Shown in pieces: positions 27,271 through 34,268 of a stretch of DNA of 64,000 nucleotides. Numbering within the stretch: position 1 is the first letter of the stretch; every line of letters begins with the position of its first letter. The notes under the pieces are model-generated. The model had not been told where the DNA came from. It saw only the letters and a program-made list of their open reading frames with translations, and made no database searches. The translations under genes were made by a program, and so were the position numbers. The DNA comes from Vicinamibacterales bacterium (GTDB lineage Bacteria; Acidobacteriota; Vicinamibacteria; Vicinamibacterales; JAKQTR01): contig JALOKU010000026.1 of NCBI GenBank assembly GCA_025456345.1, positions 3,075 to 67,074 of the forward strand, read 5' to 3'.

Positions 27271-27288
27271 CCTTATGAAATCGTAAGG
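27271..27288. promoter_or_regulatory. Candidate LysR operator dyad CCTTA-N8-TAAGG
   Basis: Perfect 5-bp arms in the 67-85 nt lysR/leuA divergent gap. TATAAC lies just downstream (27291-27296). Confidence 0.35.
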
Positions 27289-27326
27289 ATTATAACCTTG
27301 CTGGAGCGCCCCGGCGCGTCGTACAA

Positions 27327-28607
27327 GTGGGGCATGGAGGCCCCATGGGACACGACCGCCTGACGGTGTTCGACACGACGCTGCGCGACGGCGAGCAGGC
27401 GCCGGGTTTCTCGATGCGGATCCACGAGAAGATCCGCCTGGCGAAGCAGCTGGACGCGCTCGGCGTCGACATCATCGAGGCCGGGTTCCCCATCGCGTCC
27501 GAGGCCGACGCCGAGGCCGTCAAGGCCGTCGCGGCCGCCGTGCGGCGGCCCATCGTCGCGGCGCTCTCCCGGGCGTGCGCCGGCGACATCGACAAGGCCG
27601 GCGTGGCCCTGCGGGGGGCGGCGCGCGCCCGCATCCACACCTTCATCGCCACGTCCGACCTGCACCTCGAGCGCAAGCTGAACATGACGCGCGAGGCCTG
27701 CCTTGCGGCGGCCACCGCGGCCGTCGTGCACGCGCGCCGCTACACCGACGACGTGCAGTTCTCAGCGGAGGATGCGACGCGCAGCGACCCCGACTTCCTG
27801 TGCCGCGTCGTCGAGGCCGTCATCGCCGCCGGCGCCACCACGATCAACCTGCCGGACACGGTGGGTTATTCGACCCCGGAGGAGATTGCGGAGTTCTTCA
27901 CGTCGATCATCGCCCGCGTGCCCAACGCCGACAAGGCGGTCTTCAGCACCCATTGCCACAATGACCTCGGGCTGGCCGTGGCGAACTCCCTCGCCGCTGT
28001 CGGCGCGGGCGTGCGCCAGGTGGAGTGCACGATCAACGGGATCGGGGAGCGCGCCGGCAACGCGTCGCTCGAAGAGGTGGCCATGGTGCTGCGCGTCAGG
28101 CCGGACCGCCACCCGTACGACACGGGCCTCGATACCCGCGCCATCTTCGGCACCAGCCAGCTGCTGACGGAGCTGACCGGCCAGGCGGTCCAGTCGAACA
28201 AGGCCATCGTCGGCCGGAACGCCTTCGCCCACGAGGCAGGCATCCACCAGGACGGCATCCTGAAAGACCGGCGCACGTACGAGATCATGCGCCCCGAAGA
28301 CGTGGGCGTGCCGTCCACCACGCTGGTGCTCGGGAAACACTCGGGCCGGCACGCCGTCCAGAAACGGTGCGAGCAGCTGGGTGTGACGCTGACCCGGTTC
28401 GAAGTGGACCGCGTCTACCGCCGGATGGTGAGCTTCGCCGACGCCCACAAGCACATGACCGATGCCCAGCTTCGGGCCATCGTCGACGAGGTGAGAACCA
28501 GCGAGGCGGCCGGCGCGGCGGCGCTCCCCAGCCAGGCCGGGCCCGCGCGCATCAGACCCGACGTGCACGGGACCGTCACCGAGCCGGGGTACGGCCACGG
28601 CGTGTAA
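27327..28607 (+). CDS. leuA: 2-isopropylmalate synthase-family enzyme, short form (no C-terminal regulatory domain)
   Basis: [33 protein letters not shown] and the GERAGNA HMGL-like barrel. Ends at 426 aa in a low-complexity tail. Start may be the ATG at 27345 rather than the GTG at 27327. Confidence 0.8.
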   Translation: MGHGGPMGHDRLTVFDTTLRDGEQAPGFSMRIHEKIRLAKQLDALGVDIIEAGFPIASEADAEAVKAVAAAVRRPIVAALSRACAGDIDKAGVALRGAARARIHTFIATSDLHLERKLNMTREACLAAATAAVVHARRYTDDVQFSAEDATRSDPDFLCRVVEAVIAAGATTINLPDTVGYSTPEEIAEFFTSIIARVPNADKAVFSTHCHNDLGLAVANSLAAVGAGVRQVECTINGIGERAGNASLEEVAMVLRVRPDRHPYDTGLDTRAIFGTSQLLTELTGQAVQSNKAIVGRNAFAHEAGIHQDGILKDRRTYEIMRPEDVGVPSTTLVLGKHSGRHAVQKRCEQLGVTLTRFEVDRVYRRMVSFADAHKHMTDAQLRAIVDEVRTSEAAGAAALPSQAGPARIRPDVHGTVTEPGYGHGV

Positions 28608-28649
28608 CGGCGGCCGCGGAGCGGGGCGAAGCACTCGACGGGAGCGTGC

Positions 28650-29741
28650 GTGGGCGTAAGCAAGCGGATCGTCGTTCTGCCCGGAGACGGGATTGGCCCG
28701 GAAGTCGTCGAGGCCGCGGTGTCCGTGCTGACGGCGGTCGCCGCGAAGCACCGCCACCAGTTCACATTGGAGCCCGGCGAGATCGGCGGCGCCGCGGTCC
28801 GGCGGTCCGGCACCTCGCTGCCCCAGCCAACCCTGGAGGCGTGTCACCGTGCGGACGCGGTCCTGCTCGGCGCCGTCGGCGACCCGGCCTACGACAACGC
28901 CCCGCGCGAGCAGCGCCCCGAGTACGCCCTCCTCACGCTGCGAAAGGCGCTGGGCGTGTTCGCAAACCTCAGGCCGGCGAAACTCTGGCCGGCCCTGGAA
29001 TCCGCCGGCCCGCTCAAGCCGGAGCGCGTTGCCGGGACCGACCTCTGCTTCGTGCGGGAGCTGACGGGCGGCCTGTACTTCGGGGAGCCGCGCAGTGTCG
29101 ACTACGGTAGCGGCGAGGCCGTCAACACCTTGCGCTACTCCCGGGCTGAAGTCGTCCGCGTGGCCGAAGTGGCCTTCAGCCTCGCCCGCCAGAGGCGGTG
29201 CCTGGTGACCTCGGTCGACAAGGCCAACGTGCTCGAAACCTCGCAGTTGTGGCGGTCAGTGGTGGGGGAGGTCGCGGTCCGCTACCCGGGCGTGCGCCTC
29301 GAGCACGTGTATGTCGACGCGTGCGCGATGGCGATCGCGCTCGACCCGCGCCGTTTCGATGTCGTGTTGACCGAGAACCTCTTCGGCGACATTTTGTCCG
29401 ACGAGGCGGGTGCCGTGGTGGGGTCGCTCGGCCTGCTGCCGTCAGCCAGTCTCGGCCTGGGGATCGGCCTCTACGAACCGGTTCACGGGTCGGCCCCGTC
29501 GCTGGCGGGAACGGACGTGGCCAACCCGATCGGCGCCATCCTGTCGGCCGCGATGATGCTCCGCCACAGCTTCGGCCTGATGACCGAGGCGAACGACATC
29601 GAGGCGGCGGTCGGCGCGGTGCTCGACGCCGGCGGACGCACGCGGGACCTTGTCGCCAACGACACCGACTCCCACCTGACATGTTCAGCGATGGCGGCGC
29701 GCATTGTGGCGGCCGTCGTGGCGGCCGCGCGTACCGCCTGA
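28650..29741 (+). CDS. leuB: 3-isopropylmalate dehydrogenase
   Basis: GTG start. IVVLPGDGIGPEV, NLFGDILSDEA and GSAPSLAGTDVANP motifs. Confidence 0.92.
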   Translation: MGVSKRIVVLPGDGIGPEVVEAAVSVLTAVAAKHRHQFTLEPGEIGGAAVRRSGTSLPQPTLEACHRADAVLLGAVGDPAYDNAPREQRPEYALLTLRKALGVFANLRPAKLWPALESAGPLKPERVAGTDLCFVRELTGGLYFGEPRSVDYGSGEAVNTLRYSRAEVVRVAEVAFSLARQRRCLVTSVDKANVLETSQLWRSVVGEVAVRYPGVRLEHVYVDACAMAIALDPRRFDVVLTENLFGDILSDEAGAVVGSLGLLPSASLGLGIGLYEPVHGSAPSLAGTDVANPIGAILSAAMMLRHSFGLMTEANDIEAAVGAVLDAGGRTRDLVANDTDSHLTCSAMAARIVAAVVAAARTA

Positions 29742-30008
29742 AACGAGCGCGGCCGGATGCCGGCTGTCGGTCGCGAATGGACTGACGATGAATCGGCAGA
29801 CCGGCGGAATTCCGCGACACCCCGTCGGCAGTGCGGCGCGCGTTCCGACCGCGGCCTCAGCGATCCCGCCTGATTTCGCCGCGTCCAATCCGAACCTCGA
29901 TGGCATCGGGTTTGCGACGCAGCAGGACAGCAGCCCGCCGCTCGGGCCAGTGGGAATCCGATGGGGGCCGGAAACCCGCAGGACCGGGCGACGGGCTACT
30001 ATTTTGTA

Positions 30009-30872
30009 CTAGAACCCTCTGTCTTCGCGGCGTCGGCCCGTCAGCGCGAACGATCGCATCGACAGCGTGCCGTGGCGGAAGCCGTCGTAGATGTCATGCA
30101 CAACATCACCAGGCAGAGCGGTCCCCACTGTGAACAGCAGCGGGTCGAAGTGCTCTGACGTCGGTACAGCTGCGGCTGCATGCGGCGCGAGGCGGGGATA
30201 CCCTCCGAGGGCATCGACGTCGAGCGCGCCAACCCTGTCGCGCACCCATCCATCGAACTCCGCCGCCCACGGCTCGGGAAACGGGCTGTCCTCGTCCGCC
30301 TGGAGCCGGGCGAGGTTGTGGACGACGCCGCCCGTGGCGAGCAGCAGGATGTGCTCGGACCGGAGCGGCGCCAGCGCCCGGCCCATCGCCAGCATCATCG
30401 CCGGCGTCGACGGCAGGGGCAGCGAGACCTGCACCACCGGAACCGTCGCCTCCGGGAACCCGAGGCTCAACGGCACCCAGGCTCCGTGGTCGAGGCCCCG
30501 GTCGGGATCGAGCCTGGCTTCGATGCCGGCCCGCTCCAGCATGACGGCCACCATCTGCGCCACCGCGCGGTCGCCGGGGCACGGGTAGGCGATCTCGTAC
30601 AACCAGCCCGGGAATCCCGCGAAGTCGTAGATGAGCGAAGGCTTCGGATTGCTCGTGACGCGGAGCGCGCCAGACACCTGCCAGTGCGCCGACACCACCA
30701 CGATGGCGCGCAGCTTGTGCTGACGGGACGTGAATTTGTAGACGGCGCCCGCGAGCGCCTTGTCGAGGACGGACATGGGCGAGCCGTGCGCCAGAAAGAG
30801 GCTCGGCACACGGCGTACGCGCGACGCGCGGCGATCGACCGGCGGCTGGGAGGACGATGGCTGGTTCGTCAT
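30009..30872 (-). CDS. Class III extradiol dioxygenase (LigB family, 4,5-DOPA dioxygenase/YgiD-like)
   Basis: ATG at 30872. Motifs FLAHGSPM, VVVSAHW, YDFAGFP and LDHGAWVPL. Confidence 0.8.
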   Translation of the reverse strand: MTNQPSSSQPPVDRRASRVRRVPSLFLAHGSPMSVLDKALAGAVYKFTSRQHKLRAIVVVSAHWQVSGALRVTSNPKPSLIYDFAGFPGWLYEIAYPCPGDRAVAQMVAVMLERAGIEARLDPDRGLDHGAWVPLSLGFPEATVPVVQVSLPLPSTPAMMLAMGRALAPLRSEHILLLATGGVVHNLARLQADEDSPFPEPWAAEFDGWVRDRVGALDVDALGGYPRLAPHAAAAVPTSEHFDPLLFTVGTALPGDVVHDIYDGFRHGTLSMRSFALTGRRREDRGF

Positions 30873-30902
30873 GATCGAAGGTGGGGCGATTATACTGCGG
30901 TC

Positions 30903-31313
30903 ATGTCCACCAACCCGAAGACGGGAACGATTGGCTGGGTTGACCTGACCGTTCCAGACGCACCGCGGGTTCGCGACTTCTACGCGGCGGTAGCCGGCTG
31001 GTCTCCCGCGCCCGTGCCGATGGGCGGATACGACGACTACAGCATGACGGCGTCCGGAACCGGCGAGCCGGCAGCGGGCATCTGCCATGCGCGCGGCGTG
31101 AACGCCAGCCTGCCGCCCCAGTGGCTCATCTACATCACCGTCACCGACGTCGATGTCAGCGCCGCGACGTGCCTCGAACTCGGCGGCACAGTGCTCGCCG
31201 GCCCGAAAGACATGGGCGGCTACGGCCGCTACTGCGTCATCCAGGATCCGGCCGGCGCGGTCGCCGCGCTGTTCGCCCCGGCGGCATCCGCGGCGCCTGA
31301 TCCGGCGCGTTGA
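30903..31313 (+). CDS. VOC (glyoxalase/bleomycin-resistance) family protein
   Basis: ATG at 30903. IGWVDLTVPD...RDFY and GRYCVIQDPAGAVAALF. Confidence 0.75.
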   Translation: MSTNPKTGTIGWVDLTVPDAPRVRDFYAAVAGWSPAPVPMGGYDDYSMTASGTGEPAAGICHARGVNASLPPQWLIYITVTDVDVSAATCLELGGTVLAGPKDMGGYGRYCVIQDPAGAVAALFAPAASAAPDPAR

Positions 31314-31355
31314 GTCTCGTCCGCCGTGCGCGCTTTCTGCCGGCGGCAGCCGACG

Positions 31356-32159
31356 TCAGCGTGCAGCCAGCCCCATGGGCAGGATGGGGCCCAGTGTGTC
31401 GCGGTGCGAGGAGATGAGCGTCCGCATGTACGGGCCGATGGCATCCGGGCTCGCGAATCCCGCTGCCTTCGCGGCGGCGGCGCTGACCCCTGCCGGGATC
31501 GTCTCGTACTCCGCATAATGCCGCCAGTCGCGGTACACGCCGAGCGTGATCACGTCCCACGCGGCGCCCTGGTCGTGAACGAAGATGAGCGTGCCCCCGC
31601 GCCCGCGCTCGCGGTTGAACACGTTCTCCATCTGGCGTTCCTTGATGAGCTCGTCGCGCTTCCCGGCCAACGCGAGCAGCATCTCGAAATGCGCGAGGCC
31701 CATGCCCCGGACGTGCTGGCGGAACACCTCGAGCGGCGGGCCCGCGGCATACAGATCCTCGTGCCACGCCACCATCGAGTAGAAGCGCCTGGCGAACTCG
31801 GCGTTCGGCACGCCCGACGCGTCCGCGGCCGACGCCCGCTTCGCCACGCGTTCGCGACTGTAGTACTCGGTGAAGCTCCCGCTCGGGTAGATGATGCAGA
31901 GGTCCCAATGGTCGCCTTGCGAATGGCGCACGACAAGCGGCAGTTCGTCGCCGCCGGCGGAGACGACCGGCATCCGGGACCGATAGAGATCAATCAGATC
32001 GAGCAGCTTCCCGGGCGCGGCCTGGACGATGACGAACCGGTACAGGTAGTCCCCCGTGTCCCGGATCGCAGGGGCGCTCTGCGCGCCGGCCCAGGGCGCC
32101 AGCACCGCCACGGCGAGAAGCCCGGCAACCGCAACCCGCATCAACCGCTCGTGCGACAT
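31356..32159 (-). CDS. Secreted hypothetical protein with two-fold internal repeat
   Basis: Signal peptide MRVAVAGLLAVAVLAPWAGAQS. Repeated ...HSQGDHWDL...Y / ...HDQGAAWDV...Y halves. Coding-like composition. Confidence 0.6.
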   Translation of the reverse strand: MSHERLMRVAVAGLLAVAVLAPWAGAQSAPAIRDTGDYLYRFVIVQAAPGKLLDLIDLYRSRMPVVSAGGDELPLVVRHSQGDHWDLCIIYPSGSFTEYYSRERVAKRASAADASGVPNAEFARRFYSMVAWHEDLYAAGPPLEVFRQHVRGMGLAHFEMLLALAGKRDELIKERQMENVFNRERGRGGTLIFVHDQGAAWDVITLGVYRDWRHYAEYETIPAGVSAAAAKAAGFASPDAIGPYMRTLISSHRDTLGPILPMGLAAR

Positions 32160-32169
32160 GCGCCACCTC

Positions 32170-33687
32170 TCACTTGTTCGCCAGTTCCACCGTGGACAGG
32201 AAGACGAGCCGCGCCACGTCTTCCATGATCTCGGGCGTCAGGATCTCCCAGCGGTCCTTTGTCGTGTGATAACTCGGGTACGGCAGCGGCGGCGCGCCCG
32301 ACGTACCGATGGACACCGTCGGGATGTTCGCCCACAGGAAGTGCGCCGCGTCCTGCCTCGGCCGCGCGAGGTTCGCGTTCTGGCTGGCGCTGATGGGCCG
32401 GTGAATGTACCGCGCGTTGGCCTTCTCCATCACCTCGTAGAGCTGCGGGTAGTTCCGCCCGGAGCCCACGCCGATCCGCTCGCCCCGGCCGACGCTCTCG
32501 AGGTTCACGAACGCCACCACCTTGGCGTTCGGAATGAACGGGTGCGCCACGTAGTACTCCGACCCCTTCACGCCCTGCTCTTCGGCGCCGAACAGGTTGA
32601 TGACAATCGAGCGCTTGAGCGGCACCCCCCCCTTCGAGAGCGCCTCCGCCACGGCCAGCGCCACGGCCGCGCCCGACGCGTTGTCGTGGGCGCCGGGCAT
32701 CAGCACGGGGTTCAGCCCCAGGTGGTCGAGGTGACCGCCGATGATGACCGCTTCCTGCTTCAGGACAGGATCGGAGCCTTCCATCCACGCGACCACGTTC
32801 GACCCGACGCCCTCCGGGTGATGTTCCGTGACGTTCTTCATCGTCATCGTTTTTCCCATCGGCATGGACGCCGGCGTCAGCGTCTTGCGGATCTGGGCGA
32901 GGACGTCGCCGTGCTTCTTCCCGGTGCCCGCGAACAGGTCGTCCATCACCGCGCGGCTGACCGCGGCCCACTGGAGTCCCTTGATGAACGGGGCGTTCGG
33001 GTTGGCGATGAAGTAGTCGTACACCACGCCGATGGCGCCGTGCGCGGCGGCGTTCTTCATCTTGTAGTCGTGGAACGAGTACGGGCGCCACTTCTTGAAG
33101 AGCTCCGCGTCGGGCTCGGGGCCCATCGGGACCTCGGGCTCGAAGGCGACGAACTTGCCCTTCACGTCGACGCCTTTGTAGTCGTCGTAACCGAGTTCGG
33201 GGGCCGTGATGCCGAAGCCCACGTACACGACCTCGGCGGTGGCGCTCAGGGAATCCGACGTCGACCCCGGGTAGTACTCGTCCTCGAACACGTAGCTCTT
33301 GACGATGGTGCCGCCGCCGGGCGCCGGGACGTGCAACTTCAGCTCGGCGCCAGGCTTCACCAGGGTGTACGGGTTCGGGAACCTCTGGAAGTAGGTGCCC
33401 GCGTCTCCAGCCGGCTTGAACGTCCAGACCTTCAGCAGATCCGCCGCCCAGGCCGCCGACGCGTCGTAGCTCGGCGTGCCCGTCAGGCGGCCCTCGTACT
33501 TGTCCGCCACCATCTCTTTCACCCAATCGAGAATGGTGTGGCTGGAGATGCCGTGCATCGCGGCGACGAGCTTCTCGTCGGGCGTGGGGGCAGCCGCCGC
33601 CGGGCGTTGCGCGGCTGCCTGCGCACCGAGCAGGAGCGGGAGCAGCAGGGCGAACGCGAGACGGAGCAGGCGCGTGCGGACGGGCAT
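32170..33687 (-). CDS. M28 family metallopeptidase with PA-like insert, secreted
   Basis: Signal peptide. Motifs IIGGHLDHLG, HDNASGAA and LFGAEEQG (M28 Zn ligands). Confidence 0.8.
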   Translation of the reverse strand: MPVRTRLLRLAFALLLPLLLGAQAAAQRPAAAAPTPDEKLVAAMHGISSHTILDWVKEMVADKYEGRLTGTPSYDASAAWAADLLKVWTFKPAGDAGTYFQRFPNPYTLVKPGAELKLHVPAPGGGTIVKSYVFEDEYYPGSTSDSLSATAEVVYVGFGITAPELGYDDYKGVDVKGKFVAFEPEVPMGPEPDAELFKKWRPYSFHDYKMKNAAAHGAIGVVYDYFIANPNAPFIKGLQWAAVSRAVMDDLFAGTGKKHGDVLAQIRKTLTPASMPMGKTMTMKNVTEHHPEGVGSNVVAWMEGSDPVLKQEAVIIGGHLDHLGLNPVLMPGAHDNASGAAVALAVAEALSKGGVPLKRSIVINLFGAEEQGVKGSEYYVAHPFIPNAKVVAFVNLESVGRGERIGVGSGRNYPQLYEVMEKANARYIHRPISASQNANLARPRQDAAHFLWANIPTVSIGTSGAPPLPYPSYHTTKDRWEILTPEIMEDVARLVFLSTVELANK

Positions 33688-33778
33688 GGATCACCTCACC
33701 GATCGGAGAAGTCCGGACCAGTAGCCGGAGACTCGGGGGCAGGCTGGCAAAGGGTATCACGGGAGAGAACAGGCGATT

Positions 33779-33838
33779 GGGGGACAGGGGCTAGGCGAAT
33801 GGTCCCCGAATCCCGAATCCCGAGTCCCGAACCCGACC
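33779..33838. repeat. G-tract / C-tract heptamer-like repeats in divergent promoter region
   Basis: GGGGGACAGGGG (33779-33790), then CCCCGAAT CCCGAAT CCCGAGT CCCGAA CCCGACC (33804-33838). The minus strand of the latter contains GGTCGGG and TCGGGACT, the MITE arm core. Confidence 0.8.
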
Positions 33839-33856
33839 TTTCTTTTCGCGAGGGGC

Positions 33857-33893
33857 TTGACAAACTGCCTACTACCTACTAAGTTATTAGTAG
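33857..33893 (+). promoter_or_regulatory. Candidate blaI-type promoter with overlapping 18-bp operator dyad
   Basis: TTGACA (33857-33862), 17-bp spacer, TAAGTT (33880-33885). Dyad CTACTAA-GTTA-TTAGTAG (33876-33893) ends 2 nt before the ATG. No Shine-Dalgarno visible. Confidence 0.45.
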
Positions 33894-33895
33894 TC

Positions 33896-34267
33896 ATGAA
33901 GCCCGCATCCTCCATCCTCACGACCCAGGAACTCGAGATCATGAAAGTGGTCTGGCAGAAAGGCGAGGCCACGGTCCGGGACGTCTACGAAGACCTCCTG
34001 GAGCGCCGCAAGATCGCCTACACCACCGTCATGACCATGATGAAGGTGCTCGAAGGGAAGGGGCACCTCAAGAAGCGCCAGGACGACCGGGCCTACGTCT
34101 ATCGGCCCGCGCGCCCCGAGTCGGCGGTGGTCCGGGGGATGGTCCGCGAGTTCGTGGACCGCCTGTTCGACGGGGCCGCGCACCCCCTGTTGGTGCATCT
34201 TGTGAAAGATCGGCGTCTAACGAAGCAGGAACTCGAAGCGCTGGCCCGGACCATCGAAGAGGCCTGA
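33896..34267 (+). CDS. BlaI/MecI/CopY family transcriptional repressor
   Basis: LTTQELEIMKVVWQKGEATVRDVYEDL...YTTVMTMMKVLEGKGHL...YVYRP winged helix. 123 aa. Confidence 0.9.
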   Translation: MKPASSILTTQELEIMKVVWQKGEATVRDVYEDLLERRKIAYTTVMTMMKVLEGKGHLKKRQDDRAYVYRPARPESAVVRGMVREFVDRLFDGAAHPLLVHLVKDRRLTKQELEALARTIEEA

Positions 34268-34268
34268 C

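Noticed and set aside
29742-30008. 267-nt gene-free gap after leuB, examined for a tRNA, sRNA or riboswitch
   Set aside because: There is no cloverleaf-compatible T-loop (GGTTCGAATCC-like) or strong conserved-looking structure, only weak imperfect stems. It is a convergent gap, so a riboswitch is unlikely. I cannot support an RNA gene without covariance-model searches.
32056-33882. 608-aa plus-strand ORF
   Set aside because: It is antisense to the M28 peptidase gene, which has Zn-ligand motifs. Biased composition.
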